Below are positions 48,547 to 56,529 of a stretch of 62,904 nucleotides of DNA, in pieces. Position numbers and translations under genes: made by a program. The notes beneath the pieces were generated by a model, which was not told where the DNA came from, did no database searches, and saw nothing but the letters and a program-made list of their open reading frames with translations. This DNA is from Acidobacteriota bacterium. Lineage in GTDB: Bacteria; Acidobacteriota; Thermoanaerobaculia; UBA5066. The stretch covers positions 1-62,904 of the forward strand of contig JARXKK010000004.1 in the NCBI GenBank assembly GCA_030278895.1. Direction: 5' to 3'. Numbering within the stretch: the stretch's first letter is position 1; the number at the start of each line of letters is the position of its first letter.

Positions 48547-48565
48547 TCAGCTGATCAGCTGATCA
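48544..48565. repeat. perfect 22-bp palindrome (TGATCAGC)x2+TGATCA containing both convergent stop codons
   Basis: TGATCAGCTGATCAGCTGATCA. Its first TGA is the HAD stop and its last TCA is the kinase-receiver stop. A fourth GATC follows at 48572-48575. Confidence 0.9.
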
Positions 48566-50089
48566 GCGAATGATCCCGCTCTTCCCGGGCGCAGAAGGCG
48601 GCGTCATGGCCGAGGGGAGCGTCTTTTTCATCGCGGCGAGGACGGGCTCGTTGCCCGCGGGCGGCTGGAAACCGTGGTGCGTGAAGATGTGCCAGAGCCT
48701 GCCGACGACGGCCTCGGAATTGAGCGGCTTCGCGAGGACGTCGGTCGCGCCCGTCTGGATCGCGAACGCGAAATGACTGCGGTCGAGGCGAGCCGAGGTG
48801 AGGACGACGGGCAGCGCGTTCGACGAGGCCTGGGCCTTGATCACGCGCGTGACGTCGAAACCGTCCATGCCCGGAAGCGCCACGTCCATGAGGACGAGGT
48901 CGACCGTGTCCTGCAGCAGCCGCGAGAGAGCCTCGGGCCCGTCCTTGGCCTCGAACGCGCGGCAGCCGTGCCGTCCGAGGACATCGGCGAGGCGCTTGCG
49001 CTCCTTTGCGTCGCCGTCGACGACGAGAACGACGGGCGGACGGTTCTTGATCTCGGCGGCGGGCGGCGCGCTCGCGCCGACGGGGAGAGCGCTCGGTGGG
49101 ATCGCGGGCGTCGCCATCGCTCCGAGCTCGGGATGCGTTCCGCGGCTCGCGGGCGCCTCGAGGGGAGCGCCCGGCGTGCTCGGTGGCATGGCGGTCTGCG
49201 CCTGAACGCTCACGTGCGGCCCCGCAGCCGCCGGCACCTGCCCGGACTCGAAAGGGCGGAGCATGGCGAGCTCGGCCTCGAGATCGGCCGCCGAGGCGAA
49301 ACGCGAGGCGGGTTCCTTCGCGAGCGCCTTGTAGACGATCGCGATGAGCTCGGAAGAGACGCCCGTCTCGTGGCGCAGGTCGTCGGGCGGCGGTTCCGAA
49401 ACGTGCTTCATCGCGATCACGAGCGGCGACTCGCCGTCGTAGGGCACCTTGCCGGTCAGGAGCTCGTACGCCATGACGCCGATCGAGTAGACGTCGCTGC
49501 GCGCGTCCGTGGGCCTCCCGAGAGCCTGCTCCGGCGACATGTAATGCGGCGTTCCGACCATGACGCTGTCGAGCGTCAGCTGCTCGTTCGTCTTCCCGCG
49601 CGCGAGGCCGAAGTCGAGAATGGCGACGGCCCCGTTCTCCTCGAGCATCACGTTCTGCGACTTGAGATCGCGATGGATGATGCCGAGCTTGTGCGCCGCT
49701 TCGGTCCCGAGGGCGATCTGCCGGAGAATCGAGATCGCGCGCCCCTGCGGGAGCTTCCCCTCGAGCTGGATGACCGTGCGCAGGTCGTGACCCGGCACGT
49801 ACTCCATCGTGATGTAGGGGAAGTCGTTGCTCATCCCGAAGTCGTGAATGCGCGCGACGTTCGGGTGCTTGATCTTGCGGTTGAGGTTGATCTCGCGCTT
49901 GAACCGCTGCAGAAGCTGCTGGTCGTCGGTCTCCCAGTCGGGTGAGAGAACCTTGATGGCGACGACGTCGTCGAGGTCCAGATCCTGCGCCTTGAAGACG
50001 ATTCCCATGCCGCCGCGCCCGACGGTTTCCTGCCATCGGTAGCGGGTCAGACCCTCGAAGAAGCGCAGGCGAAGACGTTCAAGGTTCAT
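48563..50089 (-). CDS. Ser/Thr protein kinase fused to a C-terminal response-regulator receiver domain
   Basis: GRGGMGIVFKA, AIKVL, HRDLKSQNVM, DFGLA and SPEQ, then a Pro/Ala linker. The receiver reads VVLVVDGDAKERKRL...DLVLMDVALPGMDGF...LTS...AKP. ATG at 50089. Confidence 0.8.
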   Translation of the reverse strand: MNLERLRLRFFEGLTRYRWQETVGRGGMGIVFKAQDLDLDDVVAIKVLSPDWETDDQQLLQRFKREINLNRKIKHPNVARIHDFGMSNDFPYITMEYVPGHDLRTVIQLEGKLPQGRAISILRQIALGTEAAHKLGIIHRDLKSQNVMLEENGAVAILDFGLARGKTNEQLTLDSVMVGTPHYMSPEQALGRPTDARSDVYSIGVMAYELLTGKVPYDGESPLVIAMKHVSEPPPDDLRHETGVSSELIAIVYKALAKEPASRFASAADLEAELAMLRPFESGQVPAAAGPHVSVQAQTAMPPSTPGAPLEAPASRGTHPELGAMATPAIPPSALPVGASAPPAAEIKNRPPVVLVVDGDAKERKRLADVLGRHGCRAFEAKDGPEALSRLLQDTVDLVLMDVALPGMDGFDVTRVIKAQASSNALPVVLTSARLDRSHFAFAIQTGATDVLAKPLNSEAVVGRLWHIFTHHGFQPPAGNEPVLAAMKKTLPSAMTPPSAPGKSGIIR

Positions 50090-50239
50090 GCGTTCGTGCC
50101 CGATCGGCGGACTCCTGCGTAGGGTAGCAACTTCGGAGCCGATCCGTGCGGCCTCCGGCCCGGGGCCGCGGATTCCTGGCCCCAAGTAATCTTTTCGCCG
50201 TTCCATTGCGTCCGATTCTCATCTCCGGAGGGTTCGAGC

Positions 50240-52150
50240 ATGAAACCGACCCGTCGCCGATTCCTGGCAGTCCTCGCGTTCCTGGCGGCCATTCTGCCCG
50301 GAAGAGGCTTCGCCGGCTCCGATTGCCCGTTAACGGCTTCCCACGCCGATCCCGACGGGAGGGAGCGGCGCGCGAGCGTGTCCCGCGTCACACGCGCGTT
50401 TGCCGTGTCGCACCCCGCGGGCGGAGCCTCCTCAGCGGAGCTCACGGGGGTCGTCACCCACGTCCGCCGCGTCTTCGTGAATTACGTCGACGAGGAGATC
50501 TTCGGGGCGATGGACGCCGCGAAGGTGACGCCCGCCGCGCCGTCCTCGGACGCCGAGTTCCTCCGCCGCGCCACGCTCGACCTGACAGGCCGCATTCCCG
50601 ACGCGGCGACCGTGGGGGCGTTCCTCGCTGACCCTTCGGCCGACAAGCGCAGCCGCATGGTCGACACGCTTCTCGCGTCAGACGCATTCGTCGACCGATG
50701 GACCTTCTATTACGACGAACTGTTCCAGAACACGGCGGTTGCGTCGAGCGGCCGGCTCTACTCTCAGGGCCGCAACGCGTTTCACGCGTATTTCCAGGAC
50801 GCCGTGCGCTCGCACAAGCCGTGGGACGTCATGGCAAGAGAGATCATCGGCGCGGCGGGTCTCAACACGACTGTCGGGCAGGCGAACTACGTCGTGCGCC
50901 AGCTCCAGTCGAACGGCCCGATCCAGGACTCGTTCGACAACCTCGCGGCCTCGACGGCCACGGTCTTCCTTGGAACGAACGCCGTCTTCTGCACCTCCTG
51001 CCACAACGGAGGCGGACACCTCGACTCGATCAACCTCTGGGGCTCTACGGTCAAGCGTCAGGACTTCTGGGGGATGTCGGCGTTCTATTCCCGCGTGACG
51101 TCGCCTCGTTCCGGCACGACCGGCGCCGATTATTACTACACGGTGGGCGAGCGCGCGAGCGGCAACTATCTCCTGAACACGACGACGGGCAACAAGACGG
51201 ATCGCACGAGCGCGTATTACACGACGACTCCCGCGGGGATGACGTCCGTGAACCCGGCCTACCTCAAGACGCCGCTGAATCCCGCGGGTGGGGCGCCGGC
51301 CGGCGGAGAGGGCTTCCGGCAAGCGCTCGGGCGCCTCGTGACGACGGACCCGCAGTTCGCGCGGGCCGCCGTGAACTATCTCTGGAAGGAGATGTTCGCG
51401 CTCGGCATCGTCGAGCCGGCGGACGCGTTCGATCCGCTCCGCCAGGATCTCGCCAGCCCTCCGCCCGGCACCTGGACGATCCAGCCGACGCATCCGAACC
51501 TTCTGACGCGACTCGCCGCGGACTACGCCGCCCATGGTTACGACCTGCGATACATCCTCGGCGTCATGGCGAAGTCCGGCGCCTATCAGCTTTCATCCTC
51601 CTACCCGGGCCCGTGGAGCGAGGCGAACACGCCGTACTTCGCGCGCCACTTCGCGCGCCGCCTCCCCGCCGAGACGCTGTTCGACGCGATCACGCGCGCG
51701 ACGGGCATCGGCGCCAGCATCCCCGTGAGCGGCGGCGTGCCGAGCGTGTCGTACGCGATGCAGCTGCCGGACGTTTCGGAGCCGAGCGGGCGCACGACGA
51801 TCGGAAACTTTCTGAACGCGTTCCTCCGGGGCGACCGGGACGGGGACGCGCGCTCGAACGAGTTCTCGATCTCGCAGGGACTTCTCATGCTGAACGACAC
51901 CACGATCACGAGCCGCATCAAGTCGACGGCGTCGGGGTCCGCCGTCCAGAAGCTCGTCGCACAGAACGGTGCGCCGGCGGAGATCGTGGCCTCGCTGTAT
52001 CTCTCCACACTTTCCCGGAACCCGTCCGCGGCGGAGCTTGCGACGGGAGTCGGCCTCTTCTCGTCGACGCCCGGCGAGACGAAAGCGCAGATCGTCGAAG
52101 ACCTCCAGTTCGCGCTTCTCAACAAGATCGACTTCTCCTACAACTACTGA
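50240..52150 (+). CDS. DUF1549/DUF1553 (PSCyt2/PSD1) family secreted protein
   Basis: FLRRATLDLTGRIPDAATVGAFLADPSADKRSRMVDTLLASDAFVDRW (DUF1549 signature), a CTSCH motif, and a DUF1553-like C-terminal half. Confidence 0.75.
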   Translation: MKPTRRRFLAVLAFLAAILPGRGFAGSDCPLTASHADPDGRERRASVSRVTRAFAVSHPAGGASSAELTGVVTHVRRVFVNYVDEEIFGAMDAAKVTPAAPSSDAEFLRRATLDLTGRIPDAATVGAFLADPSADKRSRMVDTLLASDAFVDRWTFYYDELFQNTAVASSGRLYSQGRNAFHAYFQDAVRSHKPWDVMAREIIGAAGLNTTVGQANYVVRQLQSNGPIQDSFDNLAASTATVFLGTNAVFCTSCHNGGGHLDSINLWGSTVKRQDFWGMSAFYSRVTSPRSGTTGADYYYTVGERASGNYLLNTTTGNKTDRTSAYYTTTPAGMTSVNPAYLKTPLNPAGGAPAGGEGFRQALGRLVTTDPQFARAAVNYLWKEMFALGIVEPADAFDPLRQDLASPPPGTWTIQPTHPNLLTRLAADYAAHGYDLRYILGVMAKSGAYQLSSSYPGPWSEANTPYFARHFARRLPAETLFDAITRATGIGASIPVSGGVPSVSYAMQLPDVSEPSGRTTIGNFLNAFLRGDRDGDARSNEFSISQGLLMLNDTTITSRIKSTASGSAVQKLVAQNGAPAEIVASLYLSTLSRNPSAAELATGVGLFSSTPGETKAQIVEDLQFALLNKIDFSYNY

Positions 52151-52157
52151 GGCCGCC

Positions 52158-53561
52158 ATGAAAACGCTTCTTCCGAGCCTTCCCGCATCGGGTCATACGC
52201 CCTACAACGGTCTGGAGCTCTCGCGGCGGGGCTTCCTGCAGGTAGGAGCGGGCGGGCTCGTGGCCTCGTGGTTTCTGAGCACCCCGGTTTCCGCGTGGGC
52301 GGCAACGACGGCGCAGGTCACGCCCCGCGCCTCCGCGCGCAACGTCATCTTCGTTTTTCTCCCGGGCGCTCCGAGCCAGGTCGACACGTGGGACCTCAAG
52401 GAAGGGGCCTGGACGCCGCCCGACTTCGCGCCCGCGAGCTTCGGCGGCGGCCTGCGTTTCCCGGCGGGGCTCCTCCCGAACGTCTCCGCGCACCTCTCGG
52501 ACATCGCGATCCTGAGATCCGTGAAGGCCTCGGCGCTCGTTCACGGCCTCGGCCAGACCTGGCTCCAGATCGCGCGCAATCCGACAGGCGCGACGGGCTC
52601 GGAGGCGCCGAACATGGGATCGATCGCCGCTCTCGAGCTCGACCCGCAGCGGGGCCCGAACGACGTCCTGCCGGCTTTTCTGTCTCTCAACACGCAGGCG
52701 GGCCTCTCGGGCGCCGGCTACTTCCCGTCCACGTACTCGCCCTTCGTCGTGCAGCCGACGACGACCGGCCTCCCGAGCCTCACGCATCCGGACGGTACCG
52801 CGCGCCTTCAAACCCGCTGGAACGACCTTCAGCAGCTCGATGCCACGCTCCGGACCGGCCAGCCGCTCGGCAAGGACGCCGCGGATGCGGTGAACTTCTA
52901 CAACCAGGCCAAGGTCCTCATCGACACTCCGGCCGTGAACGACCTCTTCAAGTATTCGGACGCGGACGCGCTGCGCTACGGCAACTCGTCCTTCGGGAAC
53001 TCGTGCCTCGTGGCGAAGCAGGTCCTCGCGGGGGCGCGCGGCGCGCGCTTCGTCATGGTGTCGCTCGGCGGCTGGGACATGCACAGCGCCATCTACACGA
53101 AGACGGCGCCGACGAACCTCTACACGCAGATGGGCCAGCTCGACCCGGCGCTCGCGAGCCTGATCGCCGACCTCAAGGCCGCGCCCGGAAAGACGCCGGG
53201 CAAGACTCTGTTCGACGAGACGCTGGTCGTCGTGGCGGGGGAGTTCGGGCGGACGGTCGGGGCGCTCAACGGTCAGGCGGGGCGTGACCACTTCGCGATC
53301 AACAGCGCCCTCTTCGCGGGGGGCGGCGTGAAGGGAGGCCAGGTCATCGGTGCGACCGACGCCACGGGCGGCACCGTCACGGACTCGGGCGTCTCGGGTA
53401 GGACCGATCTGCGCGCCGAGGACATCGCCTGCACGGTCTACTCTGCGCTCGGCATCGACTGGACGATCGAGCGCCACGACGACCCCCTTGGCCGCGGCTT
53501 CGAGTACGTCCCGTACGCGAAGGACGGCGTTTACGCGCCGATCGATCGGCTGTTCGGATGA
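52158..53561 (+). CDS. DUF1501 family protein (sulfatase/phosphatase-like fold, Tat-type signal)
   Basis: SRRGFLQVGAGG..., FVFLPGAPSQVDTWD, GGWDMH, GEFGRT and GRDH. ATG 52158 lies 7 nt after the preceding stop. Confidence 0.8.
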   Translation: MKTLLPSLPASGHTPYNGLELSRRGFLQVGAGGLVASWFLSTPVSAWAATTAQVTPRASARNVIFVFLPGAPSQVDTWDLKEGAWTPPDFAPASFGGGLRFPAGLLPNVSAHLSDIAILRSVKASALVHGLGQTWLQIARNPTGATGSEAPNMGSIAALELDPQRGPNDVLPAFLSLNTQAGLSGAGYFPSTYSPFVVQPTTTGLPSLTHPDGTARLQTRWNDLQQLDATLRTGQPLGKDAADAVNFYNQAKVLIDTPAVNDLFKYSDADALRYGNSSFGNSCLVAKQVLAGARGARFVMVSLGGWDMHSAIYTKTAPTNLYTQMGQLDPALASLIADLKAAPGKTPGKTLFDETLVVVAGEFGRTVGALNGQAGRDHFAINSALFAGGGVKGGQVIGATDATGGTVTDSGVSGRTDLRAEDIACTVYSALGIDWTIERHDDPLGRGFEYVPYAKDGVYAPIDRLFG

Positions 53562-53617
53562 GGGGCCTCTTGTTTCCTGAGACGGTGTCGCACGGGAAGC
53601 GATAGAATTTCTTGCGA

Positions 53618-55030
53618 ATGAGGAAGAACCTGTTGGCGGCCGCGCTATTTGTTGCCGTGGCCTCTGCTCCGTCCGGGCGGGCCGTGGAGCTCGCCGCGGC
53701 CCACGCGATCGCGCCCGTACCCGCGACCGCCGGGCTTCCCGGTCCGGTTTCCCGCGTCACGTTCCACGAGCAGGTGGAGCGCGTCCTCCAGAAGAATTGC
53801 CAGACCTGCCATCACGAGGGCGGGATCGCGCCGTTTCCTCTCGTGTCGTATGCGGACGCGTACGAGCACCGGGTCAAGATGCAGATCGTCACGGGCAATC
53901 GCACGATGCCTCCCTGGAAGCCCGACTCCCAGTGCGGGGCGGCGCTCCAGGGAAACCCGCGGCTCTCGGACGGTGACGTCGCCGTATTTCTCGAGTGGCT
54001 GCGCCACGGCTCGCCGGAAGGCGATGCGACGCGTGCTCCCGCTCCGCTGGCCTTCGACGACGGCTGGAAGCTCGGCGCGCCCGACCTCCAGCTCGGCATG
54101 ACGCAGCCGTTCCAGCCCGACTTCGCGACCGGCGACGTCTATCGCTGCTTTCGCCTCCCGACGGGCCTCAACGGACAGCGCTACCTGTCGGGGATCGAGG
54201 TGGCGCCCGGGAACCGCTCGATGGTTCATCACGTCCTCCTCTTTGCCGACACGACGGGCGCGACCGCCGCGCTCGACGGCAAGGACGGCCAGCCGGGCTA
54301 TCCGTGCTTCGGCGGCCCCGGATTCAACGCGGTGTCTCCCCTCGGAGCCTGGGTGCCCGGCTATCGGCCCGCGCTCCTTTCGGACGGCATCGGCATCGAC
54401 CTGCCGAAGAACGCCACGCTCGTCATGCAGGTCCATTACAGCGCGCGCACCGGGGGAGTCGCGCCCGACCAGACGCACGTCGCGCTCCACTTCGCGAAGG
54501 GGCCCGTGCAGAAGCGCCTCCTGACGCTGCCCCTCGTGAACCAGACGTTCCGCCTCCCCGCGGGACAGGCGAACATTCCCGTGTCGGCGTCCTTCGCGGC
54601 GATCCCTTACGACGTGACGCTTCGGAACATCGCGCCTCACATGCACCTTCTCGGCCGCACCATGAGCGTCACGCTGACGCCGCCGGGCGGAACCGCGGCC
54701 TGCCTCGTGAACGTCCCGGACTGGGATTTCCGCTGGCAGGGCTTCTACGCCTTCGTGACGCCGGTGAAGGTCAGCCCGTTCTCACGGATGGACGTTCAGG
54801 CCTCGTACGACAACTCCGCGGACAATTCGAACAATCCGAACAAGCCGCCGAAGGACGTGACGTGGGGCGAGAACACGAGCGACGAAATGTGCCTGTGCTA
54901 CGTGAGCTTCACGATCGACAGCGAGAACCTGACGGGCGCGGCCGGCCTCGCGCCGACGAGTCTCGAAACGTTCGAGCCATTCTGGGAGATGCGGACGGCG
55001 GCGGCGGCCGCTCCTTCGCGGGACCGCTGA
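53618..55030 (+). CDS. PHM/DBH-like type II copper monooxygenase with N-terminal CxxCH (haem c) module
   Basis: CQTCHHEGGIAPFPL. The CuH-like site is MVHHVLLF plus QVHY. The CuM-like site is APHMHLLG plus TSDEMCLCYVSF, matching the H-x-H ... EMC pattern of peptidylglycine monooxygenase. Confidence 0.7.
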   Translation: MRKNLLAAALFVAVASAPSGRAVELAAAHAIAPVPATAGLPGPVSRVTFHEQVERVLQKNCQTCHHEGGIAPFPLVSYADAYEHRVKMQIVTGNRTMPPWKPDSQCGAALQGNPRLSDGDVAVFLEWLRHGSPEGDATRAPAPLAFDDGWKLGAPDLQLGMTQPFQPDFATGDVYRCFRLPTGLNGQRYLSGIEVAPGNRSMVHHVLLFADTTGATAALDGKDGQPGYPCFGGPGFNAVSPLGAWVPGYRPALLSDGIGIDLPKNATLVMQVHYSARTGGVAPDQTHVALHFAKGPVQKRLLTLPLVNQTFRLPAGQANIPVSASFAAIPYDVTLRNIAPHMHLLGRTMSVTLTPPGGTAACLVNVPDWDFRWQGFYAFVTPVKVSPFSRMDVQASYDNSADNSNNPNKPPKDVTWGENTSDEMCLCYVSFTIDSENLTGAAGLAPTSLETFEPFWEMRTAAAAAPSRDR

Positions 55031-55572
55031 AGAGCCTCGCCGCCGCCGCGATTCTCGCGCTGGCGGCCCTTCGCGGCGCACCCTCCACGGCGGAAACGCA
55101 GAGCGACCCTCCGCTCGCATTCTCGCTCCCCGATGCGGGCGGGAAGACGGTCTCGGCCTCCGATCTGCGTGGTGCCACGGCCGTCGTCTTCTTCTTCCGC
55201 GGCTTCTGGTGCGCGTACTGCGTGGAGCAGCTCGTGCGGCTCGAGAAGCTGAAGGAGGGCGATCTCGCGGGAATTCCCGTCGTCGCCATCTCCCCGGACG
55301 GGCCGTCGGCCATCCGGAAGGGTCTGATCTCGGTGAAGAAGGATCGAGGCGTCGTGCTCACGCATCGCTTTCTCGCGGACGAGGATGTCGTCTTCAAGGA
55401 CCGTTACGCCCTCGGCTCGTCGGGGGCCGCGCGTCCGCCCGCCATGCTCCTTCTCGACGGCGCCGGTCGCACCGTGTGGCGGTTCGGCGAGAGCCACTAC
55501 GAAAAGAGCGCTTTCGAGCCGTCCCTGAAGGAAGCGCTCGCCCGCCTCCCGAAGGAACCGCCGGCTCCGTGA
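55027..55572 (+). CDS. thioredoxin-fold redoxin (AhpC/TSA-like), secreted
   Basis: (L/M)KSLAAAAILALAALRGAP signal-like N-terminus, then VVFFFRGFWCAYCVEQL. No ATG/GTG/TTG is available. The only plausible start is CTG 55027, overlapping the upstream stop (CTGA). Confidence 0.6.
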   Translation: MKSLAAAAILALAALRGAPSTAETQSDPPLAFSLPDAGGKTVSASDLRGATAVVFFFRGFWCAYCVEQLVRLEKLKEGDLAGIPVVAISPDGPSAIRKGLISVKKDRGVVLTHRFLADEDVVFKDRYALGSSGAARPPAMLLLDGAGRTVWRFGESHYEKSAFEPSLKEALARLPKEPPAP

Positions 55573-56498
55573 CGATCCGCCGGCCGATGCTCGCGACGCG
55601 CGTGGACGCGGCGTTCACGCGCGCGGGCTGGGTCTTCGAACCGAAGTACGACGGCTGGCGCGTCCTGGCCCGCCGCGCCGGCGGCCGCGTGACCCTCTCG
55701 TCGAGGAACGGCGTGGACCTGACGAAGGGCGAGCCCGGCATCGCCGCGGCGCTCGCGTCCCTTCCCGGGGGCGACTTCGTCGTGGACGGTGAGCTCGTCG
55801 TTCTCGGCAAGGGAGGCGTGCCGGAGTTCTCGCTGCTCCAGAAGCGGGGGGAGGCTGGAGCCCGGCCCGCGAGCCTCATCCTCTTCGACTGCCTCGAAAG
55901 AGACGGCGCGAGTCTCGTGGCGGAGTCGCTTACCGCGCGGCGCACCGCCCTCGAGGCTCTCGTTTCTCGCCGCCCGAAGAAACCGCTCGCACTCTCGGAG
56001 CGCCTCGGGCCGGATGGCGAGGCGGCATTCCGGCGCGCGCAGGCGGAGGGCTGGGAAGGCGTCGTCGGCAAGGACCTTTCCTCGCGCTACGAGGAAGGGC
56101 GCCGGTCGCTGCGGTGGCTGAAGGTGAAGGCCCGTCGCCAGGCCGAGTTCGTGATCGGCGGCTTCACGATGCCGAAGAGCTCGCGCCTTCACTTCGGGGC
56201 GCTCCTCGTCGGGCTGTTCGACGGGAAGATGCTCCGCTTCTGCGGCGCCGTCGGGACCGGCTTCTCGGAAGAAACGCTCTTCCGTCTGCTCGAAGAGCTT
56301 CAGCCGCTTCTCCGCGAGACGTGTCCTTTCCCGGCGATTCCGAAAGAAGCGAAAGACCCGGTCTGGGTCGAACCGCGCCTCGTCGCGCAGGTCGCTTACG
56401 CGGAGTGGACGGCCGACGAGCGGCTCCGGCAGCCGGCCTTTCTCGGACTTCGGCGCGACAAGAAGGCGAAGGAATGCCGGTGGAGTGAAAGAGAATAG
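55569..56498 (+). CDS. ATP-dependent DNA ligase (stand-alone LigD-ligase/LigC-like)
   Basis: FEPKYDGWR (motif I Lys), SRNG, FVVDGELV, LILFDCL, EGVVGK and WLKVK. GTG 55569 overlaps the redoxin stop (GTGA). ATG 55587 is an alternative start. Confidence 0.8.
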   Translation: MTIRRPMLATRVDAAFTRAGWVFEPKYDGWRVLARRAGGRVTLSSRNGVDLTKGEPGIAAALASLPGGDFVVDGELVVLGKGGVPEFSLLQKRGEAGARPASLILFDCLERDGASLVAESLTARRTALEALVSRRPKKPLALSERLGPDGEAAFRRAQAEGWEGVVGKDLSSRYEEGRRSLRWLKVKARRQAEFVIGGFTMPKSSRLHFGALLVGLFDGKMLRFCGAVGTGFSEETLFRLLEELQPLLRETCPFPAIPKEAKDPVWVEPRLVAQVAYAEWTADERLRQPAFLGLRRDKKAKECRWSERE

Positions 56499-56500
56499 AG

Positions 56501-56529
56501 AATATTTTTCTTAGAAGGTGAAGAGGATC
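56501..56529 (+). repeat. AT-box copy D (long form, intergenic)
   Basis: AATATTTTTCTTAGAAGGTGAAGAGGATC fills the 29-nt gap between the convergent ligase stop (56498) and the PKD-protein stop (56528). Confidence 0.85.
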
